A stretch of 62,314 nt of DNA, counting the filler. It is 9 parts of 9 records of this genome, joined end to end, with 100 filler letters (N's around TTAATTAATTAA, not from the genome) between each part and the next. Parts side by side here need not be neighbours in the genome. Positions count along the whole stretch, not along the records: positions 19,822 to 30,053 come from SRR31147125_160415; positions 30,154 to 36,175 come from SRR31147125_160803; 7 more parts are not named here. One strand, 5' to 3'. Both the position numbers and the translations under genes were made by a program. Under the pieces are notes generated by a model. It was given only the letters and a program-made list of their open reading frames with translations, ran no database searches and was not told the origin of the DNA. Shown here piece by piece: positions 20,895 to 31,224 of this stretch. How positions within the stretch are numbered: position 1 is the first letter of the stretch; every line of letters begins with the position of its first letter.

Positions 20895-21157
20895 ACCCGG
20901 AATATGGACTTCAGTGCCTCCGGACCTTCGGTGGAATCCCCTTTGGCGCTATTCATGGACCCGGCGAACTCCTCGATGATCAGGCTGCGGGCGTACCAGA
21001 GCAGTTCATCAAGGTTCCTGAAATGGTTTTAGATGCTGGCATAGGAGTACTCGGCCCGCTCGGCGATTTTCCAGATGGATACCGTCTCCACGCCGTTTTC
21101 GAGGATCATCGTCCTGGTGATTTCGGCGAAATGGAGGCGGACGCGGTCAGCATTCAT
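20895..21157 (-). pseudogene. TetR/AcrR regulator remnant
   Basis: HTH ENGVETVSIWKIAERAEYSYASI*NHFRNLDELLW has an in-frame TAA (21029-21031) at the conserved Tyr; the C-terminal domain is cut short by the convergent gene. Confidence 0.72.
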
Positions 21158-21302
21158 ATTAGTCTTCTTGTGTGACAGTGTTACAAAAAAATTACAGCGT
21201 CGCAAATCGGTTAAGTTCTCTCGTATACTGAATCGCGGGTTGCGGTTTGCTGCCGGTCTGCTGGTATACTGCCGATATCTTTCTGAGCCTCCGGAGATTG
21301 CC

Positions 21303-23063
21303 ATGCCTGTTCCCTCCCGCTGTTCGAGTACCTTCGTGGCCCTGTCATCCGCTGTCGTTGTCATCGTCCTTCTTGCCTCCTGTGGTGCCCGTGTTCCGGA
21401 GATGACTATCTCACTGGATTCACTGCCGCCGGGCAGTGCCGACCATACGAATACGGCGGACACCCTGCACGATGGCTATTTCGCCGATTCCACCTGGCCC
21501 GGTGCCCATCGGGATATCCGGAACTCCGACTACATTCCTTACCCCTCTCCTGATTCCATCGTGCCGTCCTGGCATGCTCTGGAAGGTGAGAATTTCTTCA
21601 TGGGGCCCACGGTGGATGCGTCGGGAAACGTCTACGTCACCAGTGCCGGCGGCCCCGGTTCGTCCCATCTCCACAGCTTCGACCGGTTCGGCAATCCCCG
21701 ATGGAAATCGGCACCCATGGAATCTCTGGATGATCTCGACTACGCGGTTTTCGTTTCCGCCCCGGTTCTGGGCAATGATGACGACCTTTATGTGGCGGAT
21801 GCGAACCAATTGCGCCGGTACCGGGCTTCCGACGGTGAGGAAGCCTGGGTGACCGATCTTCCGTCCATCGGCATCAACGACCTGGGATTCTCCGCTTTTC
21901 CTCTGAGCGATAATCTGCTGGGGTATGCATTCGGTGACGGGAACGTGGCCGTCTTCCATCGGCATAGCGGCGAACTGGCGTTTCCGCTGCTTCAGCTGCC
22001 TGGTGTGGACGGTCCTGCGGAAGTGGCGGCCCCGCCGGGAACTTTTGCGAATCTGGTCCATGACGCGTTCATTCAGGATACCTGGAACGCGATATTCGGA
22101 ATGGCCATAGAGATGTGCAACACACCGTGCGTGCACCCGGACACAGGCCGCATCTTCATCATTGCCACCGGCCGCCGGGCCGATGAAACAGTGCTCTACG
22201 GGATCGATCTCAAGGATGAGGGCCTGGAAATCGCTTTTGAAACGCTCATCGGCGACATCGGCAGCGGTACCAGTCCTACTCTGGGCCATGACGGGCGTTA
22301 TGTATACGTCACCGATGGCTTCGGCCGCCTCAACGGCGTGGACACCCGGACCGGCGAAGTGGCCTGGACCTCCACAGAAACCTCCGTGGTGGGCGTGTCA
22401 CCCACAACGACGCCGGACAATCGGGTGTATACCTCGGACTTCAACTACCTCAAGTGCTGGGACGGTTCCAACGGGGAGATTATCTGGAAGGCCGACGTGG
22501 CCGAACTCGGTCGGAAATACGTTAAGGGGCTTCCAGCGAAATACGGCACTCCCTGGAGCGATATCGTCTCCGGAATCCTGGCCACCGAGGACAGGCTCTG
22601 GGTGGTCGTGGTGGTGAACACCGCCATCGATATCCCCGAAGACAGGCAGCAGGGGGAAGCCAGTCCCTTCGGACACATCGATCCGTCAATCTACAAGCAG
22701 CCCCTGGGCTACTTCATGGTTTCCTACGACCTGGAGGGCAATATGATCAGCTACGCGCCTCATCCCGACTCCGGTGCCCTGATGGCCCTGGGACACGACG
22801 GCCGCATCTACTCCACATCCCTGAGTGTGGTGAACTCCATTGCCCTTGGCATCGAGGATCGTTTCCCGTTCTTCATGCGGAACACACCGGACGTACGCGG
22901 AGGTCTGACGGTGTACGAGCCGGAATCCTTCACCGCCTATGCCGAGAAAGTGGAGGCCTGGATCGCCCGGCAGCCCGGGGATGAACGCTCTTCCGAAGCG
23001 GCCCGTGCCATGGAGGCCGCCCTGCCGGTCATCCGGAAACAGGCTGAGCTCCGGGGCGAATAG
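21303..23063 (+). CDS. PQQ-like beta-propeller repeat lipoprotein
   Basis: Lipobox LLASC; repeated propeller blades (GPTVDASGNVYV, SAPVLG, SPTLGHDGRYVYV, DTRTGEVAW). GGAG RBS before ATG 21303. Confidence 0.75.
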   Translation: MPVPSRCSSTFVALSSAVVVIVLLASCGARVPEMTISLDSLPPGSADHTNTADTLHDGYFADSTWPGAHRDIRNSDYIPYPSPDSIVPSWHALEGENFFMGPTVDASGNVYVTSAGGPGSSHLHSFDRFGNPRWKSAPMESLDDLDYAVFVSAPVLGNDDDLYVADANQLRRYRASDGEEAWVTDLPSIGINDLGFSAFPLSDNLLGYAFGDGNVAVFHRHSGELAFPLLQLPGVDGPAEVAAPPGTFANLVHDAFIQDTWNAIFGMAIEMCNTPCVHPDTGRIFIIATGRRADETVLYGIDLKDEGLEIAFETLIGDIGSGTSPTLGHDGRYVYVTDGFGRLNGVDTRTGEVAWTSTETSVVGVSPTTTPDNRVYTSDFNYLKCWDGSNGEIIWKADVAELGRKYVKGLPAKYGTPWSDIVSGILATEDRLWVVVVVNTAIDIPEDRQQGEASPFGHIDPSIYKQPLGYFMVSYDLEGNMISYAPHPDSGALMALGHDGRIYSTSLSVVNSIALGIEDRFPFFMRNTPDVRGGLTVYEPESFTAYAEKVEAWIARQPGDERSSEAARAMEAALPVIRKQAELRGE

Positions 23064-23070
23064 CCTTTCG

Positions 23071-23101
23071 AAAGAAAAGGAGCCGCCCCGCGGCGGCTCT
23101 A
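23071..23101. terminator. rho-independent terminator between convergent genes
   Basis: GAGCCGC-CCC-GCGGCGGCTC hairpin with an A-rich flank (T tract on the minus strand). Confidence 0.65.
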
Positions 23102-23129
23102 TCGTCATCGATAACGGGAATGACGGATC

Positions 23130-24431
23130 TCAGCCCAGCACTTCCTTCACTGCTTCTTCGAAGACGCCGAGAACGAAATCCGCATCCTCGTCGGTGTGGG
23201 CGGTGGAGATGAACCAGGGTTCCCGGGAGTCGATGTCCGGCATGACACCATGCATCAGGCAGTAGTCGATTATCTGACCATAAGTGTCATGGTCGCCCGT
23301 TGCCCAGTGCTTGTATTCTTTGCACACCGGCTCTTCGGTGAACACGATGCCCGGCATGGAATCCGGTCCCTGGATGACGTACGGCGCGCCGGCCGCATCC
23401 AGAATCTTCTTCCAGCCTTCTTTCAACCGCCGGCCGTGGGCATCGGCTTTCTGCAACTCCCCGGCTTCGATTAGCTCCAGGGTTTTCTCAGCGGCGGCCA
23501 TGGCCACTACATTGGAGCCGTAGGTACCACCGTGGGGGATTTTTCCGGGTCCGACTTCGCCCATGATGTGCTTCTGCCCGGCGATGGCCGCGACAGGGAA
23601 TCCGTTTCCGAGACATTTGGCATAGGTGACGATATCACCCCGGACGTTGAAGTACTCCTGGGCGCCGCCGGGGGCGATCCGGAAACCCGTTTTGACTTCA
23701 TCGATGATCATCACGATGCCGTACTTGTCGCACTGCTCCCGGACGAACTGCAGGAAGTTGCCTTGGGGCATGATCGACGCCTGGTTGCCCAGCAGGGGCT
23801 CGATGATCACACAGGCGATGTTCTGCCACTGCTCGGAAAGTTTCTTCTCGAGGATTTCCTTGTTGTTGAAGGGAAGGGAGACCATCAGGTCGCCGACGGA
23901 CCGGGGCATGCCCGAACCCTGGGGAACCAGGAAGGGATCGTTCTTGTATCCCACGCCGGAAACCGGGGGATAGGTGTTCCACAGCGAGTAATCGTGGAAG
24001 CCGTGGTAGGCGCCGTCGAACTTGAGCACCTTGTCCCGGCCGGTGAAGGCCCGAGCGATGCGGATGGCGCCCATGGTGGCTTCAGTGCCGGTGTTGGTCA
24101 TCCTGACCAGATCCACACCGGTGATTTTCTTGATCTTTTCCGCCACTCTTATTTCGTATTCGTTGGTCATGGCGAAGCAGTTGCCGATTTTCATAGCTTC
24201 GGTGATGTGTTCGAGGATCTCTTGCCGGGCGTGTCCGAGTACCACGGGGCCGAAGCCCAGGCGGTAGTCCACGTACCGTGTATCGTCCTGATCCCACAAG
24301 TAGGCGCCCTGGGCTTTCTTGACGACGAGGGTGGCGTCATCACCCCAGTACCGGAAGTTGGACGATACTCCGCCCGGGATGGACTCTTTGCCCCTCATGA
24401 ACATTTCGCGGCTTAACGGTCCGCTCTTCAT
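23130..24431 (-). CDS. class III PLP aminotransferase (HemL/GSA-aminomutase-like)
   Basis: IPGGVSSNFR, NTGTEATM, KFDGAYHG, IDEVKTGFR, YAKCLGNGFP (PLP Lys) and HGGTY. Confidence 0.88.
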   Translation of the reverse strand: MKSGPLSREMFMRGKESIPGGVSSNFRYWGDDATLVVKKAQGAYLWDQDDTRYVDYRLGFGPVVLGHARQEILEHITEAMKIGNCFAMTNEYEIRVAEKIKKITGVDLVRMTNTGTEATMGAIRIARAFTGRDKVLKFDGAYHGFHDYSLWNTYPPVSGVGYKNDPFLVPQGSGMPRSVGDLMVSLPFNNKEILEKKLSEQWQNIACVIIEPLLGNQASIMPQGNFLQFVREQCDKYGIVMIIDEVKTGFRIAPGGAQEYFNVRGDIVTYAKCLGNGFPVAAIAGQKHIMGEVGPGKIPHGGTYGSNVVAMAAAEKTLELIEAGELQKADAHGRRLKEGWKKILDAAGAPYVIQGPDSMPGIVFTEEPVCKEYKHWATGDHDTYGQIIDYCLMHGVMPDIDSREPWFISTAHTDEDADFVLGVFEEAVKEVLG

Positions 24432-24515
24432 TAGAATTACTCCTGTTGTTTTTTTCGTTTCTATTTCTCGCACGTCCGGGTGACATCTCTCTGACCTCCC
24501 GGTGTCGACATCCTG

Positions 24516-25553
24516 TTATATCTGCGGCTGCTGCTGGGTGAGGCAGTGGATTCCTCCACCACCGTGGAAGAGGATGTGCGGATCCTCGAACCACACGAGC
24601 TCCCTGCCCGGGAACTCATTCTGGAAAATCTCGGCAGCGGTTTCATCTTCATCGACGCTGAAACGGGGAAGTACGACAGCGCCGTTGGCCGGATAGTAGT
24701 TCTGGTAGCTCAGGTCAAGCCGGCGATCACCATCGTAGAATGCCGGCGGCTGGGGTACCTTCACCACCTCCAGCTTCCGCCCGGCCGCGTCAGTCATCGA
24801 TTCAAGGTCGGCGATATTCTTCCGGAATGTCCGGTAGTTCGGATCCGATTCATCCGTGCAGTCCAGGTGCATTACCCGGCCCGGACGAACGAAGGAGGCG
24901 ATGATGTCGATGTGACCCCCGGTTTCATCCTGTTCGTATCCCTCATCCAGCCAGAGCACCCTGTCTGCGCCCAGGCAGGCACACAGCAGTTTCTCCACCT
25001 GTGCTTCATTCAGGTTTGGATTCCGAGCCGGATCCAGCAGTGTGGGGCGGGTGCACAAAACCGTACCGTCGCCGTCCATATGGATGGCGCCACCCTCATT
25101 CACCAGCTGCGGCCGGAATACCGGCAGGTCGAGGTACTCGGCCAGCCGGCCGGCCACATACCGGTCCTTCTGCCAGTCCATGTCCGCCATGTCGCCCCAG
25201 CCGTTGAAGATCCAGTCCACGACGGCGGCTCGGCCGGCCCCGTTGGTCACGAATGTGGGGCCCGAATCCCGCAGCCACCCGTCATCGATATCCATTGCCA
25301 CCAGTTCAACGTTGCTGCCGCAGAGACTGGCGGCTTCACCGTGCAGCTGCTCAGGCACCAGCAGGCGAACCGGTTCGAACTCACTGATCGTATTCGCCAG
25401 TCTGGCGACAGCCGACTTCGCCTCTTCATGGCGGCCTCTCCAGGCCAGGGGCGAGACCGGCCAGCCCATCCAGCAGCATTCATGCGGGCCGGTTTCCGGC
25501 GGCATGGTGTATCCGGCTTCCTTTGGCGTCGTGCCGTGCATCTCCCGGTACAT
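24516..25553 (-). CDS. aguA: agmatine deiminase
   Basis: MPPE..PH..CWMGWP, WLRDSGP, FNGWG, EGGAIH.DG.GT, TGGHID and GGGGIHCLTQQQP. Confidence 0.93.
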   Translation of the reverse strand: MYREMHGTTPKEAGYTMPPETGPHECCWMGWPVSPLAWRGRHEEAKSAVARLANTISEFEPVRLLVPEQLHGEAASLCGSNVELVAMDIDDGWLRDSGPTFVTNGAGRAAVVDWIFNGWGDMADMDWQKDRYVAGRLAEYLDLPVFRPQLVNEGGAIHMDGDGTVLCTRPTLLDPARNPNLNEAQVEKLLCACLGADRVLWLDEGYEQDETGGHIDIIASFVRPGRVMHLDCTDESDPNYRTFRKNIADLESMTDAAGRKLEVVKVPQPPAFYDGDRRLDLSYQNYYPANGAVVLPRFSVDEDETAAEIFQNEFPGRELVWFEDPHILFHGGGGIHCLTQQQPQI

Positions 25554-26404
25554 CAGAGGCTCCCTGTCCGGTTGTAGCAGTCCGGCCGTCGGTCGCGGAA
25601 CAGACCCCAGCCGGCCCTGTCCCGGGCGATCTCCTCCGTGTCGAACTCGGCGTAGATAATCGTCTCCTCATGCCGGCCGGCTGCAGCTGCGAGTTCCGCC
25701 CTGGAGCCGGCAATGAACGATGATCCATAGAATTGCAGTTCTACCGGACCCTGCTGCTCACGGCCTATCCGGTTCGCGGCGATCACCGGCACCATGTTTG
25801 CACCGGCATGTCCCCTCTGGACGGTCATCCAGTGTTCTACGCTGTCGAGTTCCGGCTCGTCGGGTTCCGATCCGATGGCCGTGGGATAGAACAGGAAATC
25901 CGCTCCCATCAGGGCCATGGTCCTGGCCGCTTCGGGGAACCACTGGTCCCAGCAGATGCCGACGCCGATGGTGCCGTACCTTGTTTCCCATACCTTCAGG
26001 CCCCCGTTCCCCGGGGAGAAGTAGAATTTCTCCTCATAGCCCGGACCTTGGGGAATATGGGTCTTCCGGTACACGCCGAGGGTGCTGCCGTCCGCGTCAA
26101 TCACGGCGACGGAGTTGAAAAATGCCCGGCCGTCCTTCTCGAAAAAACTGACCGGAAGGACAACCTCAAGTTCCTCCGCCAGTGATTCAAAATCTGCTCT
26201 GCCCGGATGATCCTCCCAGCTGCAGGCATGGCTGAACCAGGCCGAGTCCTGGATCTTGCAGAAGTAATGTCTCTCGAACAATTCCGGCAGCAGGATGATT
26301 CGGGCACCCGTCTCGGCGGCTTCCCGTATCCGTACCATCGCTTTCTTCCTGTTTTCACCGTCATCGGCGGAGCAGGTCATCTGTATCGCGGCTACTTTCG
26401 TCAT
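25553..26404 (-). CDS. aguB: N-carbamoylputrescine amidase
   Basis: Nitrilase fold: LPELF, YRKTHIPQGPGYEEKFYF, ICWDQWFPEAAR, YPTAIGSEP and FRDRRP. Confidence 0.95.
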   Translation of the reverse strand: MTKVAAIQMTCSADDGENRKKAMVRIREAAETGARIILLPELFERHYFCKIQDSAWFSHACSWEDHPGRADFESLAEELEVVLPVSFFEKDGRAFFNSVAVIDADGSTLGVYRKTHIPQGPGYEEKFYFSPGNGGLKVWETRYGTIGVGICWDQWFPEAARTMALMGADFLFYPTAIGSEPDEPELDSVEHWMTVQRGHAGANMVPVIAANRIGREQQGPVELQFYGSSFIAGSRAELAAAAGRHEETIIYAEFDTEEIARDRAGWGLFRDRRPDCYNRTGSL

Positions 26405-26433
26405 GGCTGTTCTCTCGTACTGTTCGTGGACCG

Positions 26434-26470
26434 AAAAAGACTCCGCCGCCGAAGCGGCGGAGCCATAAAA
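26434..26470 (-). terminator. hairpin/terminator after potD
   Basis: CTCCGCCGC-CGAA-GCGGCGGAG stem followed by a T tract on the minus strand. Confidence 0.65.
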
Positions 26471-26494
26471 CGGTAGGTCCTGATGAGCCTGGTC

Positions 26495-27571
26495 CTACCG
26501 TGTTTTCACCATCTGCCAGAGCTCGGAGTGGATTGCGGTGTCGTCACCGAGATCTTCGATATACTCGAGCATTTTGAAGGCTTCTTCTGTGGGATAGATC
26601 GCCGGATCAGCGAGCTGCTCCTCGGGAATCATCGGCAGGGACGCCTTGTTGGGCGTGGCATACCAGTTGTAGGTGGACAACCGGGCACCGATTTCCGCAT
26701 CCAGGATGAAGTTAATGAATGCGTAGGCCATCTCCAGATTGGGTGCTTCGGCGGGAATCACCATGTTGTCGCTCCAGACGACCGAGCCTTCCTTCGGAAC
26801 CAGGTAACCCAGGTTGGGGCTTTCCTCCATCGCCTGCAGGACATCGCCGTTGTAGGCGATGGCCATATCCGCGGTGCCGGCGACGACCTTCTGCAGTCCG
26901 CCCACATTGGCCTCGAAGCCCAGGCAGTCATCGGCGTGCTTGGCAGCCAGCATGACATCCAGAGCTTCCATCAGTTCATTCTTGTCCACCGAGTTGGCGC
27001 TGTAGCCCAGGTACTGGAGGGTGAAGGCCACCTGCTCTCTGGGGGAGTCGAAGAGGTAGTAGCTGTGACCTTTGGAGTCATCCATCACGATGGACCAGGA
27101 ATCGCCGACATCGCTGACCTTGTCCATGTCGTAGACGATGCCCAGAGTGCCCCACTGGTAGGCTATCGAGTACCTGTTGCCCGGATCAAAGGAGGGATCC
27201 ACGAAGGGATCGTCCAGGTTCACGATGTTGGGGATCTTCGAGTGGTCCAGTTCCTGAATTAGACCCAGTTCAGCGAAGCTCGGAATTATGTAATCCGATG
27301 GGACGCAGATGTCGTACTGGCTCACGCCGCCGGCCTCAAGTTTCGCCAGGGCCTCCTCCGGTGTGTCGAAGTAGGTTTCGATGACGTCGCAGTCGTACAT
27401 TTCCTCGAATTCGGTGATGAGATCCGGATCCATGTAGTTGGCCCAGTTGTAAAGCCGCAGCTCCCTCTTGCCCGGGTCCGCTGGATCAGTGCTGTCAGTT
27501 CCACCATTGGCGAACGCCAGGGTGCCGAGAGTGATCAGGGCCAGGACGGCCAGGGTGATCTTCTTCTTCAT
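26495..27571 (-). CDS. potD: polyamine ABC transporter substrate-binding protein
   Basis: Start MKKKITLAV..AFANG (spirochaete-style leader); LYNWANYMDP, YDICVPSDY, YQWGTLGI and PKEG...WSDNM. Confidence 0.9.
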   Translation of the reverse strand: MKKKITLAVLALITLGTLAFANGGTDSTDPADPGKRELRLYNWANYMDPDLITEFEEMYDCDVIETYFDTPEEALAKLEAGGVSQYDICVPSDYIIPSFAELGLIQELDHSKIPNIVNLDDPFVDPSFDPGNRYSIAYQWGTLGIVYDMDKVSDVGDSWSIVMDDSKGHSYYLFDSPREQVAFTLQYLGYSANSVDKNELMEALDVMLAAKHADDCLGFEANVGGLQKVVAGTADMAIAYNGDVLQAMEESPNLGYLVPKEGSVVWSDNMVIPAEAPNLEMAYAFINFILDAEIGARLSTYNWYATPNKASLPMIPEEQLADPAIYPTEEAFKMLEYIEDLGDDTAIHSELWQMVKTR

Positions 27572-27621
27572 TTTCTTTGCTCCTTTGTTGATTCCTGTAT
27601 TTCCAGGGTCGCCGGCCGGCC

Positions 27622-28439
27622 TCAGCCGATCAGCGACGCCGCTTTTTCCGTTCCGATCATTCGCTGGATCACCAGTACCGTCGCCACTGTCGCCCCCATG
27701 ATGAGCGTCGACAGAGCGTGGATCTCGGGGGAGACCCCCGCCTGAGGGATGCGTATATGAACAGCGGCAGGGTCGTGGACTTCGGCCCCGCGGTGAAGAA
27801 GCTGATGACGAAATCGTCCAGGGACAGGGTGAACGCCAGCATGGCGCCGGCCATGATTCCCGGGACAAGCATGGGAAGCAGCACTTTGGTGAGCATCCTC
27901 CGGTAGTCGGCATACAGGTCGTAGGCTGCTTCCTCAATATCGAATCCGATGATTTCCAGCCTGCTGTACACAACCAGGGCGACAAAGGCCACCTGGAAGG
28001 TGATATGGCCGACCACCATGGTGAACATTCCCATCTCAAAGAGTCCGGAAACCGTCCTGAGTACACTGAACACCAGGATCAGAGCGACGGCGAACACGAT
28101 GTCCGGGGTAATCACCGGCAGGTGCATCACTATATCCAGCAGACGTTTCACCGGTCGGGGCCAGGGGTGCCGGTAGAGACCGATGGCCGAGATGGTTCCC
28201 AGGAACGTGGAAATGACGGTGGAGACGATGGCCAGGAAAAGGGTGTTCAGTGCGGCGCGCTGAATGTACTCGTTCCGGAAGAGCTTCAGGTACCAGTCCA
28301 GCGTGAATCCCGTCCAGTTCAGGCCGTTCTTCGACGCATTTACAGAGAATACGGCGATGGAGAACAGCGGAACGTAGAGGAACAGGACGCAGAATATCGC
28401 GATAAATGTGGTCAGGGTACTGCTGCGTTTCTTCTTCAT
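27622..28439 (-). CDS. potC: polyamine ABC transporter permease, with an apparent homopolymer frameshift
   Basis: FLYVPL, WTGFTLDWY, IEEAAYDL and AFTLSLDDFVIS. +1 base at the C5 run 27735-27739 restores RRGVSPEIHALST...stop 27622. Confidence 0.88.
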
Positions 28440-29431
28440 GATCTGCTCTCCCTGCCGGAGACTTCCCGGGAGCGGGTAATGAACAGGATTACCAGGGTGA
28501 GGGCCATGAGACTCAGGGACACCATCGAGCCGAAGGGCCAGTCCCGGGTTTTGCTGAACTGCTGCTGTATCAGGTTCCCCACCAGCATGAAACGCGCTCC
28601 GGAGAGCATGTCGGGTACGACGAACATGCCCATGGCCGGAACCAGGGTGAGGGTGATACCCACTGACAGGCCGGATTTCGTCTGCGGCAGGACAGCATGG
28701 CGGAAGGTCTGCCATCCCCGGCCGTATAGGTCGGATACGGCCTCTACCAGGCTCCAGTCCAGCTTCTCGACTGCCGAGTACAACGGCAGGGCCACAAAGG
28801 GAAGGAAGGTGGATATCATTCCCAGATAGACGGCAAAGGCGCTCGGATAAAGGGCCTCGCCGGCCTCGATGATTCCCAGGTAGGAGGCGATGTCGGCCAT
28901 TATGCTGCCGGGGCCCAGGACCAGATACCAGGCGTAGGTCCGGATAACCAGATTCGTCCAGAACGGAACCAGGATCATTGTGAGCCAGAGTCCCCTCTGC
29001 TTCACCGGCCGCCCGGCGATGTAGAAGGCAAGCGGATAGGATAGCAGGATGCAGAGTGTGGTGGTCACCACCGCCACCAGCAAGCTGCGGAAGATGATGG
29101 TGAGATTGTCCGGGCTCCAGCCGAAGAAGCCGAAACCCAGGAAACGGGTGAGGTTGTCGAAGGTGAACTTCCATACCACGTCGCCGTAGGTTCCCCGGGA
29201 GGCGAAGCTCATTGCCACCAGGTACAGCAGCGGTACGGCCAGGAAAACGGACACCCAGACGAATCCGGGCGTGAGGAATCCGCTGCCGCGGCTGAGAATT
29301 TTTCCCCGCCGGTCCAGTTCGCCGTGATACACCGTCATTCCCGGATCAACGGTATGCTCGTCGACCGGAGGGACGGAGCCCTCCTTTCCTATGGCGGCGA
29401 CATCTCTGCCTGGCCTGTCGGAGCTATTCAT
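28436..29431 (-). CDS. potB: polyamine ABC transporter permease
   Basis: [28 protein letters not shown] and RDWPFGS. Confidence 0.9.
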   Translation of the reverse strand: MNSSDRPGRDVAAIGKEGSVPPVDEHTVDPGMTVYHGELDRRGKILSRGSGFLTPGFVWVSVFLAVPLLYLVAMSFASRGTYGDVVWKFTFDNLTRFLGFGFFGWSPDNLTIIFRSLLVAVVTTTLCILLSYPLAFYIAGRPVKQRGLWLTMILVPFWTNLVIRTYAWYLVLGPGSIMADIASYLGIIEAGEALYPSAFAVYLGMISTFLPFVALPLYSAVEKLDWSLVEAVSDLYGRGWQTFRHAVLPQTKSGLSVGITLTLVPAMGMFVVPDMLSGARFMLVGNLIQQQFSKTRDWPFGSMVSLSLMALTLVILFITRSREVSGRESRS

Positions 29432-30053
29432 ACAGCACCACCAGCGCATCGGCGGGGAACTGCAGATTCACCCTGTCGCCGGAGGTCAGCGATGTCGTCC
29501 CGTTGATGCGGATACTCAGGTCGTCCCGGGTAAGTACCAGCTGTTGGGCTCCCTGATAGATGACCGTATCGACAACAGCTTCGAAAGAGTTGGCGCTGCC
29601 TTTGGATACGATGCTGATATCTTCGGGACGGATCGCCAGCCGGCAGTCCACCAACGGCATCTTCTGATTCACCGAGAACTCGCCGAAGCGGGTTTTCGCG
29701 CTGTGGTCGCCGGCAGGCTCGGCATCGAAGATATTTTCCATGCCCAGGAAGTCGGCAACGAACTCCGAACGGGGAGTGGAATAGACCTCCCTGGCGCTGC
29801 CCATCTGGGCGATCAGTCCTTCCTTCATCACCGCCATGCGGTCAGAGACAGTCAGCGCCTCGTTCTGGTCATGGGTGACCATCAGGAAGGTCCGGCCCAA
29901 TCGCTGCTGCAGCTGCCGGAGTTCCACCTGCACCTGCATCCGGAGTTTGGCATCCAGGGCCGACATGGGCTCATCAAGAAGGAGAACTTCCGGTTCGTTC
30001 ACCAGCGCCCGGGCCAGAGCGACCCGCTGCTGCTGGCCTCCGGAGAGCTGGGA
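29424..30053 (-). CDS. potA: polyamine ABC transporter ATP-binding protein, 5'-partial
   Basis: [34 protein letters not shown] and TOBE tail. Confidence 0.9.
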   Translation of the reverse strand, partial: SQLSGGQQQRVALARALVNEPEVLLLDEPMSALDAKLRMQVQVELRQLQQRLGRTFLMVTHDQNEALTVSDRMAVMKEGLIAQMGSAREVYSTPRSEFVADFLGMENIFDAEPAGDHSAKTRFGEFSVNQKMPLVDCRLAIRPEDISIVSKGSANSFEAVVDTVIYQGAQQLVLTRDDLSIRINGTTSLTSGDRVNLQFPADALVVLYE

Positions 30054-30153
30054 NNNNNNNNNNNNNNNNNNNNNNNNNNNNNNNNNNNNNNNNNNNNTTA
30101 ATTAATTAANNNNNNNNNNNNNNNNNNNNNNNNNNNNNNNNNNNNNNNNNNNN
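30054..30153. other. artificial contig spacer
   Basis: N44-TTAATTAATTAA-N44. Confidence 0.99.
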
Positions 30154-30417
30154 CCGGAGAGCCGAACCGGGCCGGAACATCCCAGCGAGGTATAGCAATA
30201 CCATAAAACCCGGATGAGAGCCAGAAGAAACCCCGGAGGCGGGCAGGAAGCGCCGAAAACAAAAGGGCCATGCCCGGACATGGCCCCTTATCTGCCAAAA
30301 TCATAGGAAAGGATCAGGGCAAAAAGGAATTATATGAAAAACAAATCCAACCGAGGGGTTTCTTTCATGATTTATTGTGGGTCCCCCTCGGTGAAAAACC
30401 AGGCCGGCCCATGGCTG

Positions 30418-30801
30418 CTACTCAGAATAGCCGCTGCCCACAATCAGGCCGCTGGTGGTGGTCTTCACATAGGAATGCTTCTGCTTTTCCTTCCAGATAT
30501 AGTCCACCCAGACCCCTGTCGACTTTGATTTCATCAAGGCCTTATAGACCGGTGGCGCCTTGACCTTCAGGCTCTTGCCGGTCAGGGATGGGTGAACCAC
30601 CAGGATACCGTTCTTCTTCATGACAAAGGCATAGGGGGTATAATCATTTGCCTTAAAGGAATCCGCGGCCTTCCCCTTATTGATTTCATTGACAATGGTG
30701 TCCACGTTCTTTTTTATGGCCCCCCTGTCCGCAGCCATACTGCCGGTGGCACAAACCAGAATTACACACAAAATGCCCACAGCCAAACGAACTAGCCTCA
30801 T
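30418..30801 (-). CDS. small exported stand-alone single-Cache-like domain protein
   Basis: Signal peptide; YAFVM..NG.LVVHP.L.GK and GVWVDY.W...KHSYVK....LIVGSGY. GGAGG RBS. Confidence 0.75.
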   Translation of the reverse strand: MRLVRLAVGILCVILVCATGSMAADRGAIKKNVDTIVNEINKGKAADSFKANDYTPYAFVMKKNGILVVHPSLTGKSLKVKAPPVYKALMKSKSTGVWVDYIWKEKQKHSYVKTTTSGLIVGSGYSE

Positions 30802-31224
30802 GATGCAACCTCCTTTTGAAATATAATTGTCATCCGGCAGGCAAGGATACGCCTTTGGCCCACGTCCGGGTCAGGAATATCCGGGCCGGGACCTGCCGCT
30901 GATACGCCCGGGATAAGGAACAATACCCGGGACGGAACCTTAGGATTCATCTATTCAGACATTATGGTCAGACATTATGGTCTAACGCTGCGGGAGACAA
31001 AGGTCGGATGCAATTCAGACTGCCTGGGAAAAAGCCAAACCATGCTAAAAGAAAATCAATTAATGAAGGCCGTTCAAATACCCCCTGATAGTATGAAACC
31101 TGTAAAAAATCAAGGGTTTTCTCATGGTCCGAAAAAAAGGGGGAGAGGACGATTCCCCGGGGATGGGCCCGACGAAAAAAGGATCTGGCGGCCCGGACAG
31201 GGAAAAAGGCGGATTCAGGCAGTG

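Noticed and set aside
26495-29174. Apparent PotC-PotD fusion or 500-aa ORFs
   Set aside because: The ORF caller extended upstream in alternative frames; potD has its own RBS and start at 27571 and potC starts at 28439.
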